Assembly: GCA_022791685.1 (NCBI GenBank)
Contig: JAAVZO010000027.1
Coordinates: 8,473-72,472 of the forward strand
Origin: Clostridiales bacterium
Lineage (GTDB): Bacteria > Bacillota > Clostridia > Oscillospirales > CAG-272
Length of the DNA stretch: 64,000 nt
Direction: 5' to 3'
Positions 1 to 9,874 of this stretch are shown here, piece by piece (positions within the stretch are counted from its first letter, which is position 1; each line of letters starts with the position of its first letter). The notes below the pieces were generated by a model. The model was not told the DNA's origin. It made no database searches and saw only the letters and a list, made by a program, of their open reading frames with translations. A program made the position numbers and the translations under genes.

Positions 1-11
1 TGTTATTGACG

Positions 12-43
12 GTTATCGAATCAATATCTGCCACTTCGATAAC
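12..43. repeat. Copy E of the dispersed palindromic element: GTTATCGAA (12-20), 14-nt loop, TTCGATAAC (35-43)
   Basis: The 9-nt arms are perfectly complementary. The core matches the arms at 15966/15996, 18485/18521, 16139 and 57324/57338. Confidence 0.6.
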
Positions 44-62
44 GTTGATATAAGCTTTAATA

Positions 63-91
63 ATTATATCATTTTTACTGACATATGTCAA
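63..91 (-). promoter_or_regulatory. Sigma-A type promoter firing toward position 1
   Basis: Minus strand reads TTGACA (91-86), a 17-nt spacer, then TATAAT (68-63) preceded by TGA (extended -10). The driven gene lies beyond the window edge. Confidence 0.55.
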
Positions 92-112
92 TACGTGAAC
101 TGTTACATTATG

Positions 113-144
113 AAAAATTCGGCGTTCCGATTTATTGGAACGCC
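113..144 (-). terminator. Intrinsic terminator of the MerR-family gene
   Basis: Stem GGCGTTCC (121-128) pairs with GGAACGCC (137-144). On the minus strand it is followed by GAATTTTTC. Confidence 0.7.
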
Positions 145-150
145 GTTCAT

Positions 151-888
151 TTATTTGCTGGTGTGCTTGCAGTAATATTCAACTGCTGCTTTTATATATT
201 CGGTAGTACCATCGCCGCCACAGCTGTCGATCGTGTTCTTGAATCGCTCGTCTGATACATACATCAGCGAAAGACCGTGCAGAATTTCAGGTGTGCAGTT
301 ATAGTAGTTGTCGCATATAAAGCGACGAAGCCGTTCGATCAAGGCTTGGATTTCTTTTGATTCCGGCGGCAGATTTCTATTTCGCCCGATGTCAGTGAAA
401 ATTTGCATAAAGGCTTCATTTACAGCCCGATCATCATTATCCGAGCACTTGTTTGCTTTGCGTTCGAACTCGCTCCATGCCTCTGTCGCACCCCATTTTT
501 CCATCGCTTCTTTACGATAGCTTTCGGATTTATTTCTGTCAAATGCTGAAAAATCCATATTCATTCCTCCGTTTTCAATAATATTATGAGCTAAAGATAT
601 AAGTCTGTTAATCCGATCACGTTCGAATGTCAGCAGTTCAACTTGCGAATTCAGTATATCCTTACGGTCAATATTTTTATTATTAAGTATTGTTTTTATC
701 TCGCTCAGTTTAAACTTTAATTCGCGAAAGATCAAGATATCCCGCAGACGAGATATTGCCGATTCGTCGTACAGCCGATATCCGGCGGCACTGATTTCTG
801 TCGGCTGCAAAAGTTCGATCGTGTCGTAGTGGTGCAGTGTCCGGACACTTACACCGGTCAGCTTGCTGACCTCACTAACAGTAAACAT
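151..888 (-). CDS. MerR-family transcriptional regulator with a TipAS-like C-terminal domain
   Basis: N-terminus MFTVSEVSKLTGVSVRTLHHYDTIELLQP is a typical MerR HTH. A 245-aa length fits a TipAL-type effector domain. SD GGGAGGG lies upstream of the ATG. Confidence 0.85.
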   Translation of the reverse strand: MFTVSEVSKLTGVSVRTLHHYDTIELLQPTEISAAGYRLYDESAISRLRDILIFRELKFKLSEIKTILNNKNIDRKDILNSQVELLTFERDRINRLISLAHNIIENGGMNMDFSAFDRNKSESYRKEAMEKWGATEAWSEFERKANKCSDNDDRAVNEAFMQIFTDIGRNRNLPPESKEIQALIERLRRFICDNYYNCTPEILHGLSLMYVSDERFKNTIDSCGGDGTTEYIKAAVEYYCKHTSK

Positions 889-912
889 TCGTATCCCTCC
901 CTCATGCTATTT

Positions 913-943
913 ATTATAAGCTATTACGAAACGTTAGAGTCAA
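913..943 (-). promoter_or_regulatory. Promoter of the MerR gene with a 19-nt spacer
   Basis: Minus strand reads TTGACT (943-938), a 19-nt spacer, then TATAAT (918-913). The spacer contains ACG-TTT-CGT dyad symmetry. Confidence 0.5.
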
Positions 944-1027
944 TATATATAATGCACAATGTTTGCTGTATATACAGCAACAGCTCTCACATATATGTGA
1001 GAGCTGTACAAAAGTTCAATAATTCAA

Positions 1028-1795
1028 TTACTGAGCTGCGTCTACGATAACAGTGAAGTCAGCGGTCTTCAGTGAAGCGCCGCCGATGAGTCCGCCGTCA
1101 ACGTTGACCTTGGAAAGGAGCTCAGCAGCATTCTTAGCGTTCATCGAACCGCCGTACTGTACAGTGAATGCCTCTGCTGCTTCTGCGCTGTAGAGCTTAG
1201 CGATAACGCCGCGGATAATGCCGCAAACTTCATCAGCCTGCTCAGGAGTAGCAGTCTTGCCGGTTCCGATAGCCCATACAGGCTCATAAGCGATGATAAC
1301 ATTCTTGAGCTGTTCAGCAGTTACATCAAGAAGTGCGATCTTAGTCTGGAGAGAAACGATCTCCTCAGTGATACCCTGCTCGCGCTCAGCAAGAAGCTCG
1401 CCTACGCAGAGAATGACCTTGAGTCCGCCCTCGAGAGCAGCCTTAACGCGCTGATTTACAGTCTCGTTGGTCTCACCAAAATACTGACGGCGTTCGCTGT
1501 GTCCGATTACGACATATTCAGCGCCGCATTCGTTGAGCATTTCAGCAGAGATCTCGCCGGTGTAAGCGCCGTTCTTTGCGAAATGTACATTCTCAGCGCC
1601 GACCTTAATGTTAGTGCCCTTAGCAGCTTCAACAGCAGGAGCGATATCTACGAACGGAACGCAGAGTACGATGTCGCAGTCGTCCTTGCCTGCGACCATA
1701 GGTGCAAGCTCTTTGATGAACTCCTTAGTCTGGGAAGGAGTCATATTCATTTTCCAGTTGCCGGCAATAACAGTCCGACGTGTAGCCTTATTCAT
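1028..1795 (-). CDS. tpiA: Triosephosphate isomerase
   Basis: Motifs AGNWKMN, IGHSERR and AYEPVWAIGTG are present. Length is 255 aa and SD AAGAGGAAA precedes the start. Confidence 0.95.
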   Translation of the reverse strand: MNKATRRTVIAGNWKMNMTPSQTKEFIKELAPMVAGKDDCDIVLCVPFVDIAPAVEAAKGTNIKVGAENVHFAKNGAYTGEISAEMLNECGAEYVVIGHSERRQYFGETNETVNQRVKAALEGGLKVILCVGELLAEREQGITEEIVSLQTKIALLDVTAEQLKNVIIAYEPVWAIGTGKTATPEQADEVCGIIRGVIAKLYSAEAAEAFTVQYGGSMNAKNAAELLSKVNVDGGLIGGASLKTADFTVIVDAAQ

Positions 1796-2033
1796 TTTAT
1801 TTTCCTCTTAACTATGATTTATTTTCAAAGTAAGGAAAGTGGAAAGCAAATGTGCGCCGTCCACTTTCCTTTTTAATTAAAATTAAATTACGTGACCCAA
1901 ACAGTATACCGCTGTCAGTCAAGCCGCAGTAACCTTGTGCTATGTTTGATAGGCAGTAAACAATGAAGTTTACGAGCACAAATCTTGACTATGCCCGCGG
2001 TGGCTCACCGCTGCCCGCGGGGGCGTCCCCGCA

Positions 2034-3332
2034 TTACCGCTCGTTCAGGCATGCGATGCCGGGGAGTTCGAGACCCTCGAGGAATTCGAGAGATGCGCCG
2101 CCGCCGGTCGATACATGAGTCATCTTGTCAGCATAGCCCAGTGTCTCTACTGCTGCTGCCGAGTCGCCGCCGCCGATTATCGAGATAGCGTCAGATTCTG
2201 CAATAGCCTTAGCTACAGTGCGTGTTCCTGCTGCGAAGTTCTCCCACTCAGATACGCCCATCGGTCCGTTCCAAATTACAGTGCCAGCGTCCTTCAGGGT
2301 CTTTGCGTAGAGCTCCTGAGTCTTTTCGCCGATGTCGAGACCCATCCAGCCGTCCGGAATAGAGTCAGAGTAGATTCTCATGAAGGTGGTGTCTTCCTTG
2401 TACTCGCGTCCGATCACATTGTCGACAGGGAGGAGGAAGTTTACGCCCTTTTCCTTAGCCTTAGCCATGATTCCAAGAGCCATATCAAGCTTGTCGTTCT
2501 CGCAGATAGAAGTACCGATAGGATTGCCCATAGCCTTGAAGAAGGTGTATGCCATACCACCGCCGATGATGATGGTGTCGCACTTCTCGAGCAGGCTGTT
2601 GATAACGCCGATCTTGTCGGATACCTTTGCGCCGCCGAGGATAGCTACGAACGGACGCTTAGGATCTTCAAGAGCCTTGCCCATGATCTCGATTTCCTTC
2701 TGGATCAGGTAACCGCATACAGCAGTGTCGAGATAATCAGCAACGCCAGCAGTCGAAGCGTGTGCTCTGTGAGCAGTTCCGAATGCGTCGTTTACATAGA
2801 TCTCAGCCAGCGAAGCGAGTTCCTTTGCGAATGCAGGCTCGTTCTTTTCCTCTTCAGCATGGAAACGAACGTTTTCGAGAAGCAGGACCTCTCCGTCCTT
2901 GAGTGCAGCAGCCTTAGCCTTTGCGTCAGGACCGATAACGTCAGCAGCGAGAACTGCCGGAACACCCTTCTTGTTGAGGTCGTCAGCAACGATCTTCAGT
3001 GAGAGCTTCTTAACGTCGCCCTTAGCCTTTTCGAGAGCAGCAGCAGTTGCAGCCTCACGCTCAGCCTCAGGGAGAGCTTCGATCTTCTTCTTTTCCTTCT
3101 TATCGAGAGCGAGCTTCTCGTTGAATACGTTGTGCGGTCTGCCCATGTGTGAGCAGAGGATAACTCTTGCGCCCTTGTCCATCAGATACTTGATGGTGGG
3201 GAGTGCGCCGACTATACGCTTATCGTCAGTGATAACGCCGTCCTTTACCGGTACGTTGAAGTCGCAGCGGACGAGTACTCTCTTACCGCGGAAGCCTTCG
3301 CCGATATCTTCAATAGATTTCTTGTTGTACAT
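2034..3332 (-). CDS. pgk: Phosphoglycerate kinase
   Basis: Motifs [23 protein letters not shown] and STGGGASLE are present. At 432 aa it carries a charged Lys/Glu/Ala-rich insert after SHMGRP. Confidence 0.95.
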   Translation of the reverse strand: MYNKKSIEDIGEGFRGKRVLVRCDFNVPVKDGVITDDKRIVGALPTIKYLMDKGARVILCSHMGRPHNVFNEKLALDKKEKKKIEALPEAEREAATAAALEKAKGDVKKLSLKIVADDLNKKGVPAVLAADVIGPDAKAKAAALKDGEVLLLENVRFHAEEEKNEPAFAKELASLAEIYVNDAFGTAHRAHASTAGVADYLDTAVCGYLIQKEIEIMGKALEDPKRPFVAILGGAKVSDKIGVINSLLEKCDTIIIGGGMAYTFFKAMGNPIGTSICENDKLDMALGIMAKAKEKGVNFLLPVDNVIGREYKEDTTFMRIYSDSIPDGWMGLDIGEKTQELYAKTLKDAGTVIWNGPMGVSEWENFAAGTRTVAKAIAESDAISIIGGGDSAAAVETLGYADKMTHVSTGGGASLEFLEGLELPGIACLNER

Positions 3333-3544
3333 TTATATTACCTTGCCTTTCTGTATACTTAAAATTTTATTTTTAATATGTTTTACTAAACAACAATAGT
3401 TAAAAACATTTTTACAGCTATCAATATTTTATCATATCCGGAAGATTTTATCAACACCTATTTGTTAAAAAATCGCCAAAAAATCAGATTTTTCAGATTA
3501 GCATAAAAAATATTTGCCGTATCGCATTATTGTTATGCACTTTA

Positions 3545-4387
3545 TCAAGCGAAAATTGTCTTAGCTGCAAAATATATCAGCACGATCACGCCAAGTATGA
3601 TCCGATACCATCCAAATGCGGCAAAGTCGCGCTTTCTTATGTAGTCCATCAGGAAGCGTATCGCGAGTACTGATACTACGAATGCGACGACAACTCCGAC
3701 AAGCAGCACGATAAGCTCAGCTGAGGTGAACGCGAATCCGAATTTTACGAGCTTCAATAGGCTTGCGCCAAGCATTACGGGTATCGCCATGAAGAACGAG
3801 AATTCAGCTGCTACCGGACGTGCGCAGCCGATGATTATCGCGCCGATGATAGTCGAGCCTGAACGCGACGTTCCCGGGATGAGCGACAACATCTGAAACA
3901 TACCGATAAGCAGTGCAGTTTTGTATGTAAGTTCGGATAGGGTAGAAACGCGCGGTTTCTTGTTTTTGTTCCGACGCTCTACGACGATGAATGCTATACC
4001 GTAGGCGATAAGCGCGATCGCTACGGTCACGTAGTTGTAGAGATGTGCGTCGAGCCAGTCGTCGAGGAGCACTCCGATGACTCCGGCAGGGATTATACCG
4101 ACCAACACCTTGAACCAAAGCTGCCATGTGTCTCGTTTTTCAACGCTGCTCTTAGACGGTGCGAACGGATTCAGCTTGTTGAAATATAGCACAACGACTG
4201 CCAAAATTGAGCCAAACTGGATAACGACGCGGAACATTTCCATAAATTCCGCGCTGACATTCATTTTCAGCAGCTCGTCGGCAAGTATCATATGACCGGT
4301 ACTCGATACTGGCAGCCATTCGGTTATGCCTTGTACGATACCGATGATTATTACTTTTATAAGTTCAATAAACGTAAGATGTTCCAT
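3545..4387 (-). CDS. uppP: Undecaprenyl-diphosphate phosphatase (BacA/UppP)
   Basis: A polytopic 280-aa membrane protein with [13 protein letters not shown] and PGTSRSG motifs. It starts 25 nt after the U32 gene ends. Confidence 0.9.
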   Translation of the reverse strand: MEHLTFIELIKVIIIGIVQGITEWLPVSSTGHMILADELLKMNVSAEFMEMFRVVIQFGSILAVVVLYFNKLNPFAPSKSSVEKRDTWQLWFKVLVGIIPAGVIGVLLDDWLDAHLYNYVTVAIALIAYGIAFIVVERRNKNKKPRVSTLSELTYKTALLIGMFQMLSLIPGTSRSGSTIIGAIIIGCARPVAAEFSFFMAIPVMLGASLLKLVKFGFAFTSAELIVLLVGVVVAFVVSVLAIRFLMDYIRKRDFAAFGWYRIILGVIVLIYFAAKTIFA

Positions 4388-4412
4388 AAATTATTGCCTT
4401 TCTTGTTATATA

Positions 4413-5723
4413 TCAGTTGCCCGCACGGATTATGTCTCCGGCTTTCACTTCAAACGGCAGCTTTGCGTAAAATCGCATATATGGGTGCGGCGCGGACTCG
4501 ATTACATTCGACTGCTCGTCGTAAAGCTCGCCAATGTTGAACGCGCGTCCGACCTTACCCGGAGAGATGACCTCAACATTCGAATTTGCGAATACCTTAT
4601 TTCGCTGAATCAGCAGCGCGCGTCCGGTCGTACTATCATATGATTCTACGCGGCAGAGATATGCCTTTTCCTTCATATATCCGGGATTTTTCGCGGTATT
4701 TGCGTCCTCCATCGGTTTCGCAAAATAGTAGCCGGTATTATATTCACGGTGACTTACGCTTTCGAGCTCTCGCAGCCATGCGGGGTCGTATTTATAGCCT
4801 TCTGGGTCGGCTAAATAGCGGTCGATCGCCATGCGGTAGGCGTTCGTTACTACGGCGGCGTAGTATTCACTCTTCATGCGTCCTTCGATTTTGAAGCAGT
4901 CGATCCCGGCTTCGATAAGCTCGGGAATATGCTCGATCATGCACATATCCTTCGAGCTCAGGAAGAATGTGCCGCGCTCATTTTCGATTACTGGAACGCG
5001 GTTGTCGGGTCGCTTCTCCTCGACGATCTCATACTCTGCACAGCCTTCGTCAGCAGAAGAAGTACATGAATCGCCGCACGCCATTTCACCAGCTTTTGAA
5101 TAGGTCATATTCCAGCGGCAGGGCTGAGCACAGCGTCCGCGATTTGCATCACGACCGACGAAATGCTGCGACAATAGGCAGCGTCCGCTGTAGGATATGC
5201 ACATCGAGCCGTGTATGAAGGTCTCGAGCTCGAGCTCCGGCGGCGTATTTGCACGGATGAAGCGTATCTCGTCGAGCGTCAGCTCACGAGCGAGAACTAC
5301 TCGCTTCGCACCGAGTCGATGCCATTCGCGGCAGGCGGCTGCGCTGACTGTGCTCGCTTGCGTTGATACGTGAAGCTCTGCGGTCGGCATATACTCGCGC
5401 ACAAGTGAGATAACACCAAGGTCGACGGCGATCACAGCGTCGATACCAAAGTCAGCTATCGACTTAACAAAGCTTTCGAGCTTCGGGTATTCGTCTGAAT
5501 GCGGGGTAGTGTTGAGCGTGAGATTGACACGCACACCATGATCGTGCGCATATTTTACGGCTTCTGCCAGCTCATCGAGCGAGAAATTGTCGGCAGCTGC
5601 ACGCATACCGAAATCGTCTCCTGCGAGGTAGACTGCATTTGCGCCGTAAAGTATCGCTGCACGCAGCTTATCGGCATTTCCGGCTGGGCTCAGCAGCTCA
5701 GGTGGTTTTCGAACATTTATCAT
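4413..5723 (-). CDS. Peptidase U32 family protein
   Basis: 436 aa with LLSPAGN near the N-terminus and ExFxHG...C-rich U32 signature regions (FIHGSMCISYSGRCLLS). Confidence 0.85.
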   Translation of the reverse strand: MINVRKPPELLSPAGNADKLRAAILYGANAVYLAGDDFGMRAAADNFSLDELAEAVKYAHDHGVRVNLTLNTTPHSDEYPKLESFVKSIADFGIDAVIAVDLGVISLVREYMPTAELHVSTQASTVSAAACREWHRLGAKRVVLARELTLDEIRFIRANTPPELELETFIHGSMCISYSGRCLLSQHFVGRDANRGRCAQPCRWNMTYSKAGEMACGDSCTSSADEGCAEYEIVEEKRPDNRVPVIENERGTFFLSSKDMCMIEHIPELIEAGIDCFKIEGRMKSEYYAAVVTNAYRMAIDRYLADPEGYKYDPAWLRELESVSHREYNTGYYFAKPMEDANTAKNPGYMKEKAYLCRVESYDSTTGRALLIQRNKVFANSNVEVISPGKVGRAFNIGELYDEQSNVIESAPHPYMRFYAKLPFEVKAGDIIRAGN

Positions 5724-5761
5724 TGATATCTATCATTCCTTTATAAACAGCAATCTATTTA

Positions 5762-5790
5762 ATTATAGCATTATTGGCGAGAAAATGCAA
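5762..5790 (-). promoter_or_regulatory. Promoter of the U32-uppP unit
   Basis: Minus strand reads TTGCAT (5790-5785), a 17-nt spacer, then TATAAT (5767-5762) with TGC directly upstream. Confidence 0.5.
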
Positions 5791-5965
5791 GCCGTAATTT
5801 GAAATTTTTACATTATTTGACGACTTATATCTGTTTGTTCACGCAAGCATAATTTGTTGTGTAAATAAACAATATAATGTAAAATTTCACGGGGTATTTC
5901 TGTATAATATGGCTTCGGCATTGTGTACGCATTGTTAAATATCTGGAAAAAATCAATCTACCCAC

Positions 5966-5994
5966 TTGCAAATTATTTAATAATGAGGTATAAT
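5966..5994 (+). promoter_or_regulatory. Promoter of the ABC exporter pair
   Basis: TTGCAA (5966-5971), a 17-nt spacer, then TATAAT (5989-5994). Confidence 0.5.
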
Positions 5995-6054
5995 CGTATG
6001 GCTCGCATTTCACTAAGAGTTAATTTATTTTATTTATGGAAGGAAGTTGATTAG

Positions 6055-7794
6055 ATGCTGAAACGTCTCGCCGCTTGTGTGCGTGAATATAAGCTGCCAA
6101 CTATTTTGACGCTTATTTTTATTGTAGGTGAAGCGGTAATTGAAACGTTTATTCCGTTTATCACTGCGGATATGGTGAATCAGATCAAGGCTGGAGCCGA
6201 GATCGGCTCTATCATTCGTATCGGACTTTTGCTGATCCTCATGGCGTGCCTATCGCTCACCTGTGGTGGAGTCGCTGGTTTTACCTGCGCAAAGGCATCC
6301 GCCGGATTCGCGAAAAATCTGCGCAGTGATATTTTCAGAAAGGTACAGGATTTCTCGTTTGAGAATATAGACAAGTTTTCGTCTTCGTCGCTTGTTACCC
6401 GTATGACGACCGATGTCACGAATGTGCAGATGTCATTCATGATGATAATCCGCACTGCTGTCCGTGCTCCGCTTATGTTTATCTTCTCGATAACAATGGC
6501 GTACATAATGGGCGGTTCACTTGCTACGACTTTTGTCGTTATAATTCCGGTGCTTATATTTGGACTTTTAATTATCAGCCGCAAAGCTATGCCGGCGTTT
6601 AAGAGCGTATTCCGCAAGTATGACCGACTCAACGAGTCTATCGAAGAAAATGTACGTGCAATGCGCGTAGTTAAGGGATTCTCGCGTGAGGATCACGAAA
6701 AGCAGAAATTCGGAGCTGCCTCCGAAAATATTCGTCGTGATTTTACTCGCGCTGAACGTATAGTTGCAGTTAATTCACCACTTATGCAGATATGCCTTTA
6801 CTTCAACATGGCATTCGTACTGTTCGTCGGTTCTAAGCTGATAATCACCAATCAGGGTACAACTATCGACGTTGGTCAGATCTCGGCTATGCTTACATAC
6901 GGTATGCAGATACTTATGTCGCTTATGATGCTCTCGATGATTTATGTCATGATTACAATGTCGTCGGAGTCGGCTAAGCGTATCTGCGAGGTTCTCACTG
7001 AGGAGCCTAAGCTTCTCAACCCTGAATCGCCTAAAACAGAAATTAAGGATGGCTCGATAGATTTTGACGGCGTAAGCTTCAAGTATTCAGAAAAGGCTGA
7101 AAAGTTTGCACTTGCTGACATTGACTTGCATATTAAATCGGGTATGACGGTAGGTATACTTGGCGGAACCGGTTCGAGTAAATCGACTCTCGTTCAGCTG
7201 ATACCGCGTCTTTATGACACTACCACTGGTTCTGTCAAGGTAGGCGGAGTTGACGTGCGCGAATATGATATCGAAGCGCTGCGCGAATCTGTCGCGATGG
7301 TGCTGCAAAAGAATCTCTTATTCTCGGGCACGATAAACGAAAACCTGCGTTGGGGCAATGAAAATGCTACTGACGAGGAAATCGTCGAAGCCTGCAAGCT
7401 TGCTCAGGCGGATGACTTTGTACAGTCCTTCCCGGACGGCTACAATACTATGATAGAGCAAGGCGGTACGAACGTATCCGGCGGTCAGAAGCAGCGTCTA
7501 TGTATAGCGCGTGCGCTTTTGAAGAAGCCGAAGATACTTATACTCGACGACTCGACAAGCGCTGTTGACACTAAGACCGACACGCTTATCCGCGCAGGAT
7601 TTAAGCAGTTCATCCCTGAGACCACCAAAATTATTATCGCACAGCGTGTAGCCTCGGTTGAAGAAGCTGATCTGATTATCGTTATGGACAACGGACGCAT
7701 CGCAGCTGCCGGAAAGCATGACGAGCTTTTGAAAACAAGCGATATTTACCGTGAGGTATACACACAGCAGACGATGGGAGGCGATAAGGAATGA
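6055..7794 (+). CDS. ABC exporter, fused permease/ATPase subunit (heterodimer partner 1)
   Basis: Six-TM N-terminal half, Walker A GGTGSSKST, signature VSGGQKQR and Walker B ILILDD. Confidence 0.9.
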   Translation: MLKRLAACVREYKLPTILTLIFIVGEAVIETFIPFITADMVNQIKAGAEIGSIIRIGLLLILMACLSLTCGGVAGFTCAKASAGFAKNLRSDIFRKVQDFSFENIDKFSSSSLVTRMTTDVTNVQMSFMMIIRTAVRAPLMFIFSITMAYIMGGSLATTFVVIIPVLIFGLLIISRKAMPAFKSVFRKYDRLNESIEENVRAMRVVKGFSREDHEKQKFGAASENIRRDFTRAERIVAVNSPLMQICLYFNMAFVLFVGSKLIITNQGTTIDVGQISAMLTYGMQILMSLMMLSMIYVMITMSSESAKRICEVLTEEPKLLNPESPKTEIKDGSIDFDGVSFKYSEKAEKFALADIDLHIKSGMTVGILGGTGSSKSTLVQLIPRLYDTTTGSVKVGGVDVREYDIEALRESVAMVLQKNLLFSGTINENLRWGNENATDEEIVEACKLAQADDFVQSFPDGYNTMIEQGGTNVSGGQKQRLCIARALLKKPKILILDDSTSAVDTKTDTLIRAGFKQFIPETTKIIIAQRVASVEEADLIIVMDNGRIAAAGKHDELLKTSDIYREVYTQQTMGGDKE

Positions 7795-9710
7795 GTAAAC
7801 CTGAGATGAAAAATGGCGCTCCGGCGCGCAAAGTGGATTTTAAATGTCTTGGCAGAGTTGTAAAGATGCTGTTCGGATATTATCCGGTGCTCGTGCCGAT
7901 AACTATTGTCTGCATACTCTTTTCAGCAGCGGTAGCGACTATTCCGGCGATATTCATTCAGAAGATCATTGCTGTTATTGACGCATGGTATCTGAGCGGC
8001 GACTGGGCTGCGGCAAGCAAGGAAATAGTCCCGATGGTGCTCACTCTTATCGGACTTTATGCAGTTTCCATCATAGCAGTTACTGCACAGTCGCAGCTGA
8101 TGGCTTACATTACGCAGGGCTTCCTGTCGAAAATGCGCTGCACAATGTTTGACGGAATGCAGGATCTTCCGATAAAGTATTTCGATACCAACAAGCATGG
8201 CGATATTATGAGCTATTACACCAACGATATCGACACTCTGCGTCAGCTCGTTTCACAGGCGCTTCCGTCTCTTTTACAGGCGGGTACGATAGTTATCAGC
8301 GTATTTGGAATAATGCTCTGGTACAGCGTTTGGATGACTCTTGTTGTACTGCTTGGCGTATTTGCTATGATCATGGTATCAAAAAAGATAGGCGGCGGCT
8401 CGGCGAAATACTTCGTCCGTCAGCAGCGTTCTATAGGTAAGACCGAGGGCTTTGTTCAGGAAATGATGAACGGTCAGAAGGTCATTAAGGTATTCTGTCA
8501 TGAAGAGCAGAGCAAGGTAGATTTTGACAAAATAAACGACGAGCTCTACGAGGACAGCTACCGCGCTCACGCATATGCAAATATGCTCGGTCCGATCATA
8601 ATGAATATCGGTAACGTATTATATGTTGTCATCGCGACCGTTGGCGGCGTATTCCTGCTTTCGGGATTGCCGAATCTCAGTATATCGGGAATGGCGTTCA
8701 GCATAAGCATACTCGTTCCGTTCCTTAATATGACTAAGCAGTTCACCGGTAACGTAAACCAGCTTTCGCAGCAGATCAATGCCATTGTAATGGGTATGGC
8801 AGGTGCGCAGCGTATATTCTCGCTGATGGACCAGCAGCCTGAGACCGACGATGGATATGTTACGCTTGTCAATGCAAAGGTCGGCGCTGATGGCAGCATA
8901 ACCGAGACTGATGAGCATACCGGAAAATGGGCATGGAAGCATCCTCACAACGATGGTACGACAACATATACCGAACTTCGCGGCGATGTTCGCCTCAATG
9001 AGGTAGACTTCGCTTATGAAGAAGGCAAGACTGTGCTGCACGATGTTACTGTGTTTGCTGAACCCGGTCAGAAGGTAGCATTTGTTGGCGCTACCGGAGC
9101 CGGCAAAACGACGATCACAAACCTTATCAACCGCTTCTACGATATCGCTGACGGTAAGATACGCTACGACGGGATCAATATCAATAAGATAAAGAAATCT
9201 GACCTGCGTCGTTCTCTTGGTATCGTATTGCAGGAGACAAACCTGTTCACCGGTACGGTAATGGATAATATCCGTTACGGACGGCTCGACGCTACGGATG
9301 AGGATTGTATCAACGCGGCTAAGCTCGCTGGTGCTGATGACTTCATCACACGTCTGCCGGGAGGATATTCGGCTGAGCTGACTAACAACGGCGCTAACCT
9401 GTCGCAGGGACAGCGTCAGCTTATCGCGATCGCGCGTGCGGCAGTAGCTGACCCGCCGGTCATGATACTTGACGAGGCAACTTCATCTATTGATACACGT
9501 ACTGAGGCTATAGTTCAGCGTGGTATGGATAAGCTGATGGAGGGCAGAACGGTATTTGTTATCGCGCACCGCTTGTCGACTGTTATGAACTCAGATGTTA
9601 TCATGGTACTTGACCACGGACGCATTATCGAGCGCGGTAATCACGACAAGCTGATAGCCGAGAAGGGCACATATTATCAGCTTTACACTGGTGCATTTGA
9701 GCTCGAATAA
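7791..9710 (+). CDS. ABC exporter, fused permease/ATPase subunit (heterodimer partner 2)
   Basis: ATGA overlap with the upstream gene. Walker A GATGAGKTT, signature LSQGQRQL and Walker B MILDEATS. Confidence 0.9.
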   Translation: MSKPEMKNGAPARKVDFKCLGRVVKMLFGYYPVLVPITIVCILFSAAVATIPAIFIQKIIAVIDAWYLSGDWAAASKEIVPMVLTLIGLYAVSIIAVTAQSQLMAYITQGFLSKMRCTMFDGMQDLPIKYFDTNKHGDIMSYYTNDIDTLRQLVSQALPSLLQAGTIVISVFGIMLWYSVWMTLVVLLGVFAMIMVSKKIGGGSAKYFVRQQRSIGKTEGFVQEMMNGQKVIKVFCHEEQSKVDFDKINDELYEDSYRAHAYANMLGPIIMNIGNVLYVVIATVGGVFLLSGLPNLSISGMAFSISILVPFLNMTKQFTGNVNQLSQQINAIVMGMAGAQRIFSLMDQQPETDDGYVTLVNAKVGADGSITETDEHTGKWAWKHPHNDGTTTYTELRGDVRLNEVDFAYEEGKTVLHDVTVFAEPGQKVAFVGATGAGKTTITNLINRFYDIADGKIRYDGININKIKKSDLRRSLGIVLQETNLFTGTVMDNIRYGRLDATDEDCINAAKLAGADDFITRLPGGYSAELTNNGANLSQGQRQLIAIARAAVADPPVMILDEATSSIDTRTEAIVQRGMDKLMEGRTVFVIAHRLSTVMNSDVIMVLDHGRIIERGNHDKLIAEKGTYYQLYTGAFELE

Positions 9711-9744
9711 GCGATAGCTTGCAGAATCTAAATCCATATATGAA

Positions 9745-9785
9745 AATCGGAAGACTTGATTTTTCAAGTCCTCCGATTTTCCTTT
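9745..9785 (+). terminator. Intrinsic terminator after the ABC pair
   Basis: AATCGGAAGACTTG (9745-9758) pairs with CAAGTCCTCCGATT (9765-9778) with one mismatch. A T-rich tail follows. Confidence 0.65.
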
Positions 9786-9874
9786 GGTATGTGAGAATTT
9801 CACTTTACTTTTTTTCAAAAGTATGCTACAATATATTAGGTCAGGATATTTATTGATGGTGAAAGGAATATAAA

